Below are positions 1-9,376 of a DNA stretch of 64,000 nucleotides, piece by piece (positions within the stretch are counted from its first letter, which is position 1; every line of letters begins with the position of its first letter). The translations under genes were made by a program, and so were the position numbers. Source of the stretch: a virus (lineage: Duplodnaviria; Caudoviricetes); IMG/VR virus record IMGVR_UViG_3300044247_000057, positions 13,887-77,886 of that record, one strand, 5' to 3'. The notes under the pieces are model-generated. The model searched no databases and had not been told where the DNA came from. It was given only the letters and a program-made list of their open reading frames with translations.

Positions 1-2
1 AG

Positions 3-122
3 GGTCCCTCCCTGGTGCACAAGCACCTCGGCATCACGATCTACCTCTACACGGACGAGGACATTCAGGAGATCCGTGACCGCAAGGCATCACCCACCAC
101 TGAGAACAGGACACAGCAATGA
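3..122 (+). CDS. 5'-truncated MerR-like helix-turn-helix protein (C-terminal end only)
   Basis: Hand translation from nt 3: GPSLVHKHLGITIYLYTDEDIQEIRDRK...*. The LYTDEDIxxIR motif is typical of MerR-type HTH proteins. Stop TGA 120-122 overlaps the next ATG (ATGA). Confidence 0.55.
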   Translation, partial: GPSLVHKHLGITIYLYTDEDIQEIRDRKASPTTENRTQQ

Positions 123-1000
123 AGTTCGGAGTCAAGGCAGACAAGGACACCGACACCGGTGGATCCGGTGGCGAGCGCTACATCAAGTACTTCGGGGAGG
201 ACGGGGCCTACACCCTGCGCTTCCTGCAGCCGTGGAAGGAGTGGACGGCGTACTGGGAGCACTTCTCGATGAAGTTCCGTTGCTCCTACCCGTGCCTGGC
301 CAACGAGGAGGAGGGTATCCCCCGCTCCGAGTGCCCCGGGTGCCAGTTGGAGACCAGCGATGACGAGTCGGACCAGCGCGAGGCGCGGGCCAACAAGAAG
401 TTCCTGGTCAACGCGATCCGCACCGATGACAAGCGCAGCGAGGGCTACGTCGACCTGTGGAAGATCCCCGGCTCCCTGAAGGATGACCTGGTCTTCAACA
501 GCGAGCGGGACAAAGGTCTGAGCAAGCGCGAGTACATCGTCATCCGGCGTGAGAAGAACAACCGGACCTCCTACTCCCTGGACAAGGAGGACCCCGCGCC
601 CATTGACCTGTCCATCTACGCGGACAAGCTCCATGACCACAACGAGGCCCTCACCAAGGCCTGGGAGTACCGCTGGGACGACAAGAAGCGGGCTGAGGAG
701 CAGGCTCGCCGGGCCGAGGCCAAGAAGGCGTCCGAGGACAAGAAGGCCCCCGTGGTCCATGCGGAGGGCGACACTGAAGAGCCCCCTTTTGAGCCGAAGG
801 GCTTCAAGAAGGGCGGTCTGAGCATCGTCCCGGAGCCCGAGAAGGACGAGGACGAGCAGATCAATGTGACGGTGTCCTCGATCCGTCAGATGAGCGCTGA
901 GCAGCTCAGGAAGCTCTACGCCCAGGGCGGGTTTGATGCCCCGGACACCGACGACCAGGCGGAGCTGGCGGAGAAGCTGATCTCTGCTCTCTCCTCCTAA
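119..1000 (+). CDS. T4 gp32-like single-stranded DNA-binding protein
   Basis: LRFLQPW...YWEH...YPCL...CPGC Zn-site pattern, KKFLVNAI, acidic low-complexity C-terminal tail; directly upstream of the polymerase. Confidence 0.75.
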   Translation: MKFGVKADKDTDTGGSGGERYIKYFGEDGAYTLRFLQPWKEWTAYWEHFSMKFRCSYPCLANEEEGIPRSECPGCQLETSDDESDQREARANKKFLVNAIRTDDKRSEGYVDLWKIPGSLKDDLVFNSERDKGLSKREYIVIRREKNNRTSYSLDKEDPAPIDLSIYADKLHDHNEALTKAWEYRWDDKKRAEEQARRAEAKKASEDKKAPVVHAEGDTEEPPFEPKGFKKGGLSIVPEPEKDEDEQINVTVSSIRQMSAEQLRKLYAQGGFDAPDTDDQAELAEKLISALSS

Positions 1001-1004
1001 ACGC

Positions 1005-1040
1005 AGAAGAGGCCCCCGCGTCAGGTCGGGGGCCTCTTCT
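1005..1040 (+). terminator. Intrinsic terminator-like hairpin after SSB
   Basis: Perfect 14-bp inverted repeat AGAAGAGGCCCCCG / CGGGGGCCTCTTCT with an 8-nt loop, starting 4 nt after the TAA. Confidence 0.8.
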
Positions 1041-1051
1041 CACGTTCACTC

Positions 1052-1065
1052 ACCTACCAAGAGAG
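1052..1065 (+). promoter_or_regulatory. Start-associated motif ACCTACCAAG(G)AGAG, copy 1
   Basis: ACCTACCAAGAGAG lies 10 nt before ATG 1076. Two identical 15-mer copies with one extra G occur on the minus strand at 62602-62616 and 63497-63511. Confidence 0.6.
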
Positions 1066-1075
1066 TAAGACCAGT

Positions 1076-1249
1076 ATGACACCACAAGCCTTGACTTCAC
1101 CAGACTTCCCTGCTCCGCGTGGCACGGGTCACGACAGAACGGTGCTGGGTAAGAAGACCTTCTATGCCTGGAAGGGTGACCCAGACAACCGCTGCGAGCA
1201 TGTCCATGTGACCAGACACGCCGCGATGATCTGTGCCCGGAGCATGTGA
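1076..1249 (+). CDS. Small 57-aa protein with a CxHxHxTxxAAxxCA motif (not in the ORF track)
   Basis: Hand translation MTPQALTSPDFPAPRGTGHDRTVLGKKTFYAWKGDPDNRCEHVHVTRHAAMICARSM*. It fills the gap between the terminator and dnaE, and its stop overlaps the dnaE start. Confidence 0.65.
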   Translation: MTPQALTSPDFPAPRGTGHDRTVLGKKTFYAWKGDPDNRCEHVHVTRHAAMICARSM

Positions 1250-3954
1250 TGCTCGCCCTGGTGCGGGACGAGCCCAGCAGGTTCTGGAGCCTCCACACCC
1301 ACTCCCGGTACTCCGCCACCGATGCGATGCCGCAGGTGAAGGAGATCGTGAAGCGAGCCAAGGAGCTGGGCTACCCGGCTCTGGGGCTCACCGACCACGG
1401 CAACATGGCGGGATCGGTCGAGCTGTACCGGGAGTGCCGCAAGGCGGGCATCAAGCCCCTGCCCGGCTCCGAGCTCTACTTCGTCACCAGCCGGGACGAC
1501 AAGAAGGCCAAGCGGTACCACCTGTGCATGGCGGCCTACACCACCGAGGGCTACCGGAACATGGTGCGGATCAGCACCGACACCCACCGCAACTTCCACT
1601 ACAAGCCGCTGTTGGACTTCGCTGACCTGGCTCGCTACGCCGACGAGGGCTGGAACGAGGGGATAGCGCTCACCACCGGCTGCTACTTCGGTCTGGTGGT
1701 CCAGACGCTCATCCACGAGGGCTATGAGGCGGCCAAGCAGATCGTGGCCACCTATGCCATGAGCTTCGACACCTACGTCGAACTCCAGGTCCACCACATC
1801 GACCACGGTGAGGGGGTGATGCCCGAGGCCCAGATCGTCGACAACCTGGTAGCTATCGCAGATGATCTGGGCCTCCCGTGCATCCTCACCCAGGACTCTC
1901 ACTACGTGCACGAGGGCGAGAAGCCACTGCACGACGCGATGAAGAAGCTGGTGTCCTACGGCTCCGACCTGGACGACGTGGTGTTCCCCGGTGACGGGTT
2001 CCACCTGGTGGATGACGCCTGGATGATGGACCACCACGCGCACTACGCCAGGGGCGTCGCCGGACTCGACCTGCTGCTGAGCAAGCACGACATGTACGTG
2101 CCCGAGATCGAGGAGTACCAGTACCGGATACCAGCGGTCTCGGTGGACCCGGACAAGGTGCTGCGGCAGCGGTGCACCAAGGCCCTGGCCCGAGCCAGCC
2201 TGTTCACCAAGAAGTACCTGGACCGGCTCGACGAAGAGCTGAGCGTGGTCGAGGCGGCAGGGATGGCCAACTACCTGCTGCTGGTCGCTCAGGTCTGCGA
2301 CTACATGCGGTTGCAGGGCATCCACTACCAGACCCGTGGCTCAGCAGCGGGCTCCCTGGCCTGCTGGATGCTCGGCATCACCAACCTGAACCCCATCAAG
2401 TGGGGTGCGACGTTCGACCGCTTCCTGAGCAAGGACCGGACCAAGCCGCCCGATATCGACCTGGACGTGGAGCACACCCGTAGGCGTCAGGTGCACACCT
2501 GGATCGCCCGTCGCTACGCGGTCACCCAGGTCTGCACCTGGGGCGTGCTGGGGATGAACAAGGACGAGCGCGGCAAGGGCAGCCTGAAGGTCAAGTACTT
2601 CTCCAAGCGCCGTCAGGTGCTGAAGGCCAACGGTCAGCGGGTGCCCCAGGACGCCTGGTGGGAGATCCCCGCTGAGGACCGGCAGGAGATCTTCCGGTTG
2701 GCTGCCAAGGAGTGCTACTCGGGCTACGGCGTCCATGCCTGCGCGTTGGCCCTGCTGACCACCCAGTCCGAGATGGACGAGATGGTGCCGATGCAGTGGG
2801 TGGCATCCAGCAAGACCATGGTTACCCAGTACGACGGCTCCACCATCGAGTCCCTGGGCATCATCAAGCTCGACCTGCTGGGAAGCAAGACGATGACGGT
2901 GCTCAGGAAGACGGCGGACAACCTGGGCCGGGAGATGGACTTCCTGGAGGAGATCCCCTTCGACTCCCTGGGCGTCTACTCGATGCTGCGTAGGGGAGAC
3001 ACCGATGGGGTGTTCCAGCTCGAAGGTGGGACCTCACAGCGGGGCTGCAAGGACCTGAAGCCGAAGAGCATCCACGACATTGTCGACAGCATGGCCCTGT
3101 TCCGCCCGGCCACCATGAACTCGGGGGCCATGCAGACCTACCTGGACAGGCGGTTCGGACGCGAGGAACAGCCCAAGCGGCACGACCTGATCCAGCGGCA
3201 CACCAAGAAGACCCGAGGGGTGCTGCTCTACCAGGACCAGATCATCCAGATCCTGCGTGACCTGGGGCTGAACCCCGATGACCTGACCGACTTCCTGAAG
3301 GCGGTCAAGGCATCGAACAAGAACGTCACCGAGGCCAAGGCGAAGATCGACAGGTACATGCCGATGATCCAGCGAATGTGCACCGAACAGGGGATGACCG
3401 ATGAGGACTGGCGGTGGATGGACCACGCCTTCCGGGCGTTTGCTGACTACTCCTTCAACGTGGCTCACGCCACGGTCTACGGGCTATGTGCCTACCGGTG
3501 CGCTTATCTGGCCCTGCACCATCCCATCGAGTTCCATGCGGCTCTCCTCGAAGTCGCGGGAGGCACGGACAAAGAGACCCAGTACATCCGAGCCACCCGA
3601 GGACGAGGCATCAGGATCCGCAAGCCCGACCTGAACGGCAGCAAGCAGGGCTACGCGATTCACCGCAAGGCGATCCGGAAGGGGTTCCTGGCTATCGACG
3701 GCCTGGGCCCTGTCATCGCCCGTCACCTGGAGCGTGGACAGCCGTACAAGAGCTGGGACGACTTCGCCGCCAAGGCGGTTGGCACCAAGATCTCCGGGGT
3801 CAAGGACTTCCACCCACATGAGACCAGTCCAGACCAGTTGGTCGGGACCGTCAGGATCCTCTACGACCTGGGGGTGTTCGCCGACAGCATCGGTGACCCG
3901 CCCTTCGGCGAGGGGTACGTCAAGCCAACCCGAAGGAAGAAGGCCCAAGCATGA
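1246..3954 (+). CDS. dnaE: DNA polymerase III alpha subunit (family C)
   Basis: PHP motifs LHTHSRYS..D, GLTDHG, PGSELY, TQDSHY; RGSAAGSL; catalytic PDIDLD; GVFQLE; YQDQI; YSFNVAHA. No intein seen. Confidence 0.95.
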   Translation: MMLALVRDEPSRFWSLHTHSRYSATDAMPQVKEIVKRAKELGYPALGLTDHGNMAGSVELYRECRKAGIKPLPGSELYFVTSRDDKKAKRYHLCMAAYTTEGYRNMVRISTDTHRNFHYKPLLDFADLARYADEGWNEGIALTTGCYFGLVVQTLIHEGYEAAKQIVATYAMSFDTYVELQVHHIDHGEGVMPEAQIVDNLVAIADDLGLPCILTQDSHYVHEGEKPLHDAMKKLVSYGSDLDDVVFPGDGFHLVDDAWMMDHHAHYARGVAGLDLLLSKHDMYVPEIEEYQYRIPAVSVDPDKVLRQRCTKALARASLFTKKYLDRLDEELSVVEAAGMANYLLLVAQVCDYMRLQGIHYQTRGSAAGSLACWMLGITNLNPIKWGATFDRFLSKDRTKPPDIDLDVEHTRRRQVHTWIARRYAVTQVCTWGVLGMNKDERGKGSLKVKYFSKRRQVLKANGQRVPQDAWWEIPAEDRQEIFRLAAKECYSGYGVHACALALLTTQSEMDEMVPMQWVASSKTMVTQYDGSTIESLGIIKLDLLGSKTMTVLRKTADNLGREMDFLEEIPFDSLGVYSMLRRGDTDGVFQLEGGTSQRGCKDLKPKSIHDIVDSMALFRPATMNSGAMQTYLDRRFGREEQPKRHDLIQRHTKKTRGVLLYQDQIIQILRDLGLNPDDLTDFLKAVKASNKNVTEAKAKIDRYMPMIQRMCTEQGMTDEDWRWMDHAFRAFADYSFNVAHATVYGLCAYRCAYLALHHPIEFHAALLEVAGGTDKETQYIRATRGRGIRIRKPDLNGSKQGYAIHRKAIRKGFLAIDGLGPVIARHLERGQPYKSWDDFAAKAVGTKISGVKDFHPHETSPDQLVGTVRILYDLGVFADSIGDPPFGEGYVKPTRRKKAQA

Positions 3955-4238
3955 CCAGAACGATCCAGTGCGACGTCTGTGGCGAGAGCAAGGAGATCAG
4001 CAACGCCGACGACTACTTCGTGCTCCAGATCCCCCACCGCAACCTGGAGGAGGAGATCGACGAGCCGCTGGTGGTGGACGTCTGCACCCTGCAGTGCCTC
4101 AGCACCGTGGTGGAGAGCCTGCAGCCCGATGCTCCCCAGACCCAGACGCTGCCTGCCGAGCCTGAGCCCGTCCACAACGGTCGGCTGCAGCCCCAGGCTC
4201 ATGTCGGTCGGTACGAGGGTGAGGTGACGGTGCGGTGA
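3951..4238 (+). CDS. Hypothetical protein with CxxC / CxxxC (possible Zn-binding)
   Basis: CDVC...DVCTLQC; ATGA overlap with dnaE. Confidence 0.6.
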   Translation: MTRTIQCDVCGESKEISNADDYFVLQIPHRNLEEEIDEPLVVDVCTLQCLSTVVESLQPDAPQTQTLPAEPEPVHNGRLQPQAHVGRYEGEVTVR

Positions 4239-4435
4239 AGGTCCTGGTGTCCTACGGCCACTCGTACGGACCCGGCAAGACCCACATCAAGGCGAAAGAG
4301 AAGAGCATCTGGGGGACAGCAGCACCGCTCTGCAACCCCAAGGGCATCCACGCCAAGGAGGAGACCGGTTCGCTTGACGACGTCACCTGCAAGATCTGTC
4401 TGAGGATCCATGCTGAGGCAGATGTCAGCGCGTGA
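4235..4435 (+). CDS. Hypothetical small Zn-ribbon-like protein
   Basis: H...PLC...VTCKIC pattern; GTGA-coupled. Confidence 0.55.
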   Translation: MKVLVSYGHSYGPGKTHIKAKEKSIWGTAAPLCNPKGIHAKEETGSLDDVTCKICLRIHAEADVSA

Positions 4436-4754
4436 GCTGGTCTTCGAGCGCAGCGACCACCATTGCGAGGTCATGGTGCTGGTCAACCACGTCTATACCC
4501 GTTGTGGGAGAGCTGCGCCTGACGTCCACCACCTCCTGTTCCGTAGTCGAGGTGGCGATGTCCTCGACGAGGTGGGGGAGACCTACCACCTCATCAATCT
4601 GTGCCGCACACATCACGACTGGGCTCACCGTCACCCCGCCCTGGCAGCATCTGTCGGGATGGTGATCGAGGGTCAGGTCTGGCTGGATGACGGTCCGGTC
4701 TACATCGGTCCTGACCCCTACCTCCGCTCCACCTACCGAAGGAGATGGTTATGA
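4422..4754 (+). CDS. HNH endonuclease
   Basis: CE...C...DVHH...RSRGG...LINLCRTHHDWAH. Start placed at ATG 4422. Confidence 0.8.
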   Translation: MSARELVFERSDHHCEVMVLVNHVYTRCGRAAPDVHHLLFRSRGGDVLDEVGETYHLINLCRTHHDWAHRHPALAASVGMVIEGQVWLDDGPVYIGPDPYLRSTYRRRWL

Positions 4755-4975
4755 CTACCGCTAGCTTCCGACACCCCTGCCGGGTGTGCGCCGTCTGGGA
4801 GTGCGCCACGTGCCGCTGGAGACGCCGTCCGGCCAACCGGCTGCGCCCTGACCTGCAGTACTGCGCTCGTTGCGGGTCCGAGCAGGGCGAGTTCAAGGAC
4901 GTCATGCATACCGCCCTCTACATCCAGCGTGAGCACGACGAGGACGCTGAGCGAGAGCTGGGGAAAGTCATATGA
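4751..4975 (+). CDS. Hypothetical Cys-rich protein
   Basis: CRVC..WECATC..CARC; AAGGAG RBS 6 nt before ATG 4751. Confidence 0.55.
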   Translation: MTTASFRHPCRVCAVWECATCRWRRRPANRLRPDLQYCARCGSEQGEFKDVMHTALYIQREHDEDAERELGKVI

Positions 4976-5754
4976 CCAAGTTCGGGCAGCTGGCCAAGGC
5001 TGCAGACCAGAACAGGAAGGTGCTGGACCTCTACGACGAGTACCTGGTGAGCAAGCGGAGTCAACGGAAGGAAGCCGAGGTCCTGCACTGGCTACTTACC
5101 AAGAACCTGGGGGACGGTCAGCTCGGGGGGAGGGACCGTGCGGGTTATTGGTCAGCCTCCAGTGCAGGACGCTGCTCACGCGAGCAGCAGTTCACGTACC
5201 TCGGGTTCAAGGGCAAGGCTACCGATGTTCAGGCCCAGAACATCTTCGACAACGGAGACTTCCTGCATCTGAGATACCAGGTGGCCGGGATCATCGGTGG
5301 CTGGCTCACCGATGCCGAGGTACCGGTGACGCTGTCCAACGGCAGCACCAGGGTCAAGGGCACCATGGACGGCGTCCTGGAGTGGGGTGAGGTGCTGGAG
5401 CTGAAGAGCATCAACGCCCGTGGCTTCGCCGAGGTGGTGGACCTGGGGCCCAAGCGGCTGCACAGGATGCAGGCCACCGCCTACATGCTCGCCTCAGGCA
5501 TGAAGCGCACCCGCTTCGTGTACGAGAACAAGGACCGCAACACCAACGCCGAGTACGTCTTCGACCTGGAGTACGGCTACGAGACCCTGGTGAAGGAGCA
5601 GTGGGAGCTGCTGACCGAGCTCACCAACCTGCAGGAGCTGGCCCCACGTCAGCCTGACTGCATCAACGAGCGGGGCATGGAGTGGCGCTACTGCCAGTTC
5701 CAGCAGATCTGTGAGCGTGCCCAGTTCCCCGCTCTGAAGCTGGTGCTCACGTGA
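4972..5754 (+). CDS. Cas4-like / PD-(D/E)XK exonuclease
   Basis: SASSAGRCSR, GTMDGVL...LELKS, QATAYM, C-terminal C...CQFQQIC Fe-S-type cysteines. Confidence 0.8.
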   Translation: MTKFGQLAKAADQNRKVLDLYDEYLVSKRSQRKEAEVLHWLLTKNLGDGQLGGRDRAGYWSASSAGRCSREQQFTYLGFKGKATDVQAQNIFDNGDFLHLRYQVAGIIGGWLTDAEVPVTLSNGSTRVKGTMDGVLEWGEVLELKSINARGFAEVVDLGPKRLHRMQATAYMLASGMKRTRFVYENKDRNTNAEYVFDLEYGYETLVKEQWELLTELTNLQELAPRQPDCINERGMEWRYCQFQQICERAQFPALKLVLT

Positions 5755-6185
5755 AGATTCAACTAGAGCCAGAGAGCCCTCTGCCCCCGGTAGCCCACCC
5801 ACGCCACGTGCAGTTCGGACACCGACTCATCGACATCAAGCTGCCCGATGGGCTGGAGGAATATGACGAGATGATGACTGAGCTGCTGGACATGACCAGG
5901 GTGCTGAAGGGGACAGCGGACGCACCCGTGTCCAGTCCCTATCTGAGCCTCATGGAGGTGGCCACGGCTTATCTCGCTCGTGCCTACGAGATCGAGATGT
6001 TGATCCACCAGGGTGAGCACGGTGGCCAGATCGAGCGCGGTGATGACCTGTACAAGTTCCGTACGGGCCCGTTGCAGTCATTCATCAACATGGCGAGGAA
6101 GATGACAGACCTCGGCTCGCGCAGGCTCAGCCAGGAGGCTCTGCTGGCCGATCAGCGCAGAGGCCTGGGGGAGAGATGGTCATAG
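5751..6185 (+). CDS. Hypothetical helical protein between exonuclease and resolvase
   Basis: Coupled ORF in the recombination block; function not recognised. Confidence 0.6.
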   Translation: MKIQLEPESPLPPVAHPRHVQFGHRLIDIKLPDGLEEYDEMMTELLDMTRVLKGTADAPVSSPYLSLMEVATAYLARAYEIEMLIHQGEHGGQIERGDDLYKFRTGPLQSFINMARKMTDLGSRRLSQEALLADQRRGLGERWS

Positions 6186-6685
6186 TCGGTATCGACTGCG
6201 GCAAGGACCGAGTCGACGCGGTGATGCTGAACGGTGAGATGTTCGCCGCGTGCTGGACCACTGACCTGTCCAAGCTGAAGCACCGGGAGCGTGATTCCTG
6301 CCTGAAGCGGATGCGCTTCGACCTGATGGCCTGGATGAGGGACTCACCGGTTGAGGCGATCTACGTCGAGGAGGCCATTGCGATCACCTCGCGTCGTGTG
6401 GCTATCTGGATGGCGCACACCGTGGGTATGGTATTGACGCTGCCCTACCCCGTCTACACCGTCGCTGTGGACTCCTGGAAGCAGGAGCTGTGCAAGGCCG
6501 GTGCTAGCAAGGAGAGGGTGAAGGAGGTGGTGTCAGGCCGCTATCCCGAGACAGTTGAGATCTTCGGCGATAGGCAGGATCTGTTCGATGCCACAGGGGT
6601 TGCAGTCTTTGGTCAGGCCGACCAGAACAAGAGAGACCTATTCGGACCTGGATCCACCCCGACAACCCACCCCGCTGGAAGTTGA
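6176..6685 (+). CDS. ruvC: RuvC-like Holliday junction resolvase
   Basis: IVGIDCG, IYVEE, SWKQEL...ASKE, QDLFDATGVA. Confidence 0.8.
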   Translation: MVIVGIDCGKDRVDAVMLNGEMFAACWTTDLSKLKHRERDSCLKRMRFDLMAWMRDSPVEAIYVEEAIAITSRRVAIWMAHTVGMVLTLPYPVYTVAVDSWKQELCKAGASKERVKEVVSGRYPETVEIFGDRQDLFDATGVAVFGQADQNKRDLFGPGSTPTTHPAGS

Positions 6686-6974
6686 CTGGCATGAGCAAGC
6701 AGCCTGCTACCGACTCTGGTACGACAACCCCAAGAACGACCCGTTCTTCGTCAACACCCGATCAGAGGCCACCAGAAAGACCGCAGAAGCCCGGCAGTGG
6801 TGCCTCAAACCGTGTCCTGTGCGTGAGCAATGCCTTCGATCATCCCTGGAGCATCGTGACCGTTACGGAGTCTGGGGAGGTCTGGGACCGAATGAGCGGC
6901 GGCGCTATCTGGACCGTATCGACGCCGGGGAGCTGACGCTGGACCAGGTGGTATCCGATGTCTGCGGTGGCTGA
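6588..6974 (+). CDS. whiB: WhiB-family transcription factor (start uncertain; N-terminus overlaps ruvC)
   Basis: DWHEQAAC...WCLKPCPVREQC...YGVWGGL...ERRR: four Cys plus the GVWGG turn. Confidence 0.85.
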   Translation: MPQGLQSLVRPTRTRETYSDLDPPRQPTPLEVDWHEQAACYRLWYDNPKNDPFFVNTRSEATRKTAEARQWCLKPCPVREQCLRSSLEHRDRYGVWGGLGPNERRRYLDRIDAGELTLDQVVSDVCGG

Positions 6975-7509
6975 CCGGGAGAGCATCGAGGACCTGCAAC
7001 GCAGCGTCTACCACTACCGGATGGCCGGGGAGACGGTTGACTCCATCGCCGAGATCCTGGGCATCACCATCAACCTGGTGGTCAAGTACCACCGCGCCTA
7101 CATGGTTCGGCTGGCCAAGGCCGGTGAGATCGAGAGCGTTGACCACGCCAAGCTGATGGAGCTGGACCGCCTCGACACCTTGATGCGAGCCCACTGGCCG
7201 ATGGCCACTGAGGAGCATGACGAGGACGTGCTGGTGGGCTCAGGCCCCTCCCAGCACATCGAGATGGTCAAGCGCCCCCCTTCCGAGCGCTCAGCCCGCC
7301 TGGTGCTGGACGTCATCAAGCAGCGGGCAAGGCTCCGGGGCTGGGACGTGGCCGAGGCGGTGGACACCAGCACTGTGCAGAACATCCTGATCGTGGGCAA
7401 CGACCAGAAGGCGTACCTGGAGGCCATGCTGGCGGGTCGGAAGCAGGCTCTGGATAGCGGCCACACGGATAATGTCCTGGAAGGCGAAATCGAGGAGGCT
7501 GGCCCGTGA
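6958..7509 (+). CDS. Probable terminase small subunit / HTH DNA-binding protein
   Basis: N-terminal HTH (YRMAGETVDSIAEILGI), ELDRLDTL..AHWPMA, ARLVLDVIKQRARLRGWD: a pattern recalled from actinophage small terminases. Confidence 0.6.
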   Translation: MSAVADRESIEDLQRSVYHYRMAGETVDSIAEILGITINLVVKYHRAYMVRLAKAGEIESVDHAKLMELDRLDTLMRAHWPMATEEHDEDVLVGSGPSQHIEMVKRPPSERSARLVLDVIKQRARLRGWDVAEAVDTSTVQNILIVGNDQKAYLEAMLAGRKQALDSGHTDNVLEGEIEEAGP

Positions 7510-7907
7510 GCGTTGCTGCGAATGTGGACCTGAGCATGGATCAGGGCGCGGACTTCGCGTGCCAGCTGTACTGGACCTCGGGCGAGAATCAGCCCTACAA
7601 GGTGCAGGGTCCGATGCGGATGGAGATCCGCAACTCGGTCGGCAACGTGGTGTGCACGCTGCAGACCAACGAGACGAGCGAGGACGAGGAGAACCTGCCG
7701 GACAACCAGTCCATCGCCTACAACTCCGACTCGGGTCTGATCCAGCTGTACATCGACGCGGCCACCTCTGACCTGATCCCGGCTGGTTCCCACGACTACG
7801 ACCTGTTCGTGTCCTACCTGGACTCCAGCATCACCCAGCGCATCCGCAAGCAGCGGCTGCTGTACGGCAAGGTGATGGTCAACGGACGCATCACCCATCA
7901 CGTCTGA
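7506..7907 (+). CDS. Virion beta-sandwich (BppU-N-like) minor tail protein
   Basis: DQGADF...W...MRMEIR...IQLYI...YDL...RLLYGKV pattern. Confidence 0.6.
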   Translation: MSVAANVDLSMDQGADFACQLYWTSGENQPYKVQGPMRMEIRNSVGNVVCTLQTNETSEDEENLPDNQSIAYNSDSGLIQLYIDAATSDLIPAGSHDYDLFVSYLDSSITQRIRKQRLLYGKVMVNGRITHHV

Positions 7908-7915
7908 GGAGAGCA

Positions 7916-8614
7916 ATGGCCAGCACTGTCGCAAGGCTCACCTCAGGTGATGTCATCCAGATCCGTACCGGTGTCCTCCAGGGCATCGGCCCGCAGGGTC
8001 CAGTAGGTCCGGTAGGTCCCGAGGGTCAGACCGGCCCACAGGGCACCCAGGGCACCCCAGGTCCCATGGGGCAGATCGACGACCTGGTGACCAAGGCCAG
8101 CACGGTGGGAGCCAGCCAGCCAGTGGCTTCCAACACCCCGACGATGGTGAACTTCACCACCGTCATCCGGGATGACGCGGGCCTTGTCTCTAGCCTCACT
8201 ACCCTGACCCTTCCTATCGGCAACTGGTACATCAAGGCGAACATCAACTTCAACAAGCCCAGCGCCGCCGCAGGCAGTGGCAGGCGACGGGTCAGCGTCC
8301 AGTGGGACGGGGTGGAGCAGGACGGCCAGAGCCAGAACGCGCTGGCCGACTTCGACACCGAGGTCAACTTCAGCACCGTGGTGGTGGCCACTTCAGAGGC
8401 CCGCCCCTGTGTCCTCTACGTGAGCCACTCAGACACGGTGGCCATCTCGGTGGTGAGCAAGGTGACGGTGACCAAGCTCGGCCCAGGAGCGCAGGGTCCA
8501 GCAGGTGCAGCAGGGCCTAATGGTCCGGTGGGCCAGACGGGTCCGACCGGTCCTCAGGGCGTGCCCGGCACCCTCGTGTCCAACTCGACCACGTTCGAGC
8601 AGATCGGTGGCTGA
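7916..8614 (+). CDS. Collagen-like fibre protein (GXY / beta-sandwich / GXY)
   Basis: Two Gly-X-Y runs flank a C1q-like beta-rich core. Confidence 0.65.
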   Translation: MASTVARLTSGDVIQIRTGVLQGIGPQGPVGPVGPEGQTGPQGTQGTPGPMGQIDDLVTKASTVGASQPVASNTPTMVNFTTVIRDDAGLVSSLTTLTLPIGNWYIKANINFNKPSAAAGSGRRRVSVQWDGVEQDGQSQNALADFDTEVNFSTVVVATSEARPCVLYVSHSDTVAISVVSKVTVTKLGPGAQGPAGAAGPNGPVGQTGPTGPQGVPGTLVSNSTTFEQIGG

Positions 8615-9018
8615 TGACCGCGTCCCGCCTTGTGCCGGGCAAAGAGCTGAGCGACGTCGAGTGGGTGGACGTCCAGGCCATGTGGCTGGGTGTGGACATC
8701 AGCGAGGCCAACGGCGGCAGCTTCCTGGCACCCGTTCAGTGGGTGGGTCGGATAGCGCTGATCCAGTGGGTCTTCCGGTTCGCCACCGTGACCAGCTCCG
8801 GCACCTCAGGGGCACTGGCCATCAAGGCACCCGCACTGAACCGTCTCCCCGGGCAGTACTGCGGGGTGTTCTCCCAACGGGGAGCAACGGTGGCCGACAC
8901 CTACTACTGCCTGTTCGACGCCACGAACGGTGGGTCGTTCCAGACCATCATGCCGGTCTTCTCCGCTCGCTCCATATCCATCACGGCTCAGCTCACAGCC
9001 GAGTACTTGAACTACTAG
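8614..9018 (+). CDS. Hypothetical protein, probably tail-associated
   Basis: TGATG-coupled to the fibre gene; beta-rich. Confidence 0.5.
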   Translation: MTASRLVPGKELSDVEWVDVQAMWLGVDISEANGGSFLAPVQWVGRIALIQWVFRFATVTSSGTSGALAIKAPALNRLPGQYCGVFSQRGATVADTYYCLFDATNGGSFQTIMPVFSARSISITAQLTAEYLNY

Positions 9019-9027
9019 GAGGCTGAC

Positions 9028-9366
9028 ATGGGCTACACCACGACACCGGTCAACGCGGTGCAGATCCCGGACAACAAGGAGTACCTGAACCAGGCGTGGA
9101 AGTTCAGCGGCATCTCGGCCACCCAGCTGGAGCCCTTCACGGTGATGAGGTTCGCCTCCATGACCGACCTGGCGGCCAAGCTGGTCGGTGCGACACTCGC
9201 CCCGAAGAACGGCATGATCGTCTACGTGACCGCAGACTCAGCCTTCTACGGGTATGTGGCAGGGGCCTGGAAGCGGATCTACCCCACTGAGTCGAGAGTG
9301 TTCAGCGGTACCGGTATCCCAGCGACAAGCCTGGGCAATGTCGGAGACGTCTACATCCAGATCTAG
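9028..9366 (+). CDS. Minor tail protein
   Basis: RFASMTDL...P.NGMIVYV.....FYGY..GAW and the GTGIPATSLGNVGDVYIQ fibre motif; GGAGG RBS. Confidence 0.6.
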   Translation: MGYTTTPVNAVQIPDNKEYLNQAWKFSGISATQLEPFTVMRFASMTDLAAKLVGATLAPKNGMIVYVTADSAFYGYVAGAWKRIYPTESRVFSGTGIPATSLGNVGDVYIQI

Positions 9367-9376
9367 AAGGAGCACC

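Noticed and set aside
1246-3954. Intein or intron in dnaE, and likewise in the terminase
   Set aside because: The motifs are colinear and the lengths ordinary. No C...HN splice ends or LAGLIDADG blocks are seen.
4972-5754. Cas4-like gene as evidence of a CRISPR system
   Set aside because: I saw no repeat-spacer array or other cas genes. Stand-alone Cas4-like nucleases are common in phage recombination blocks.
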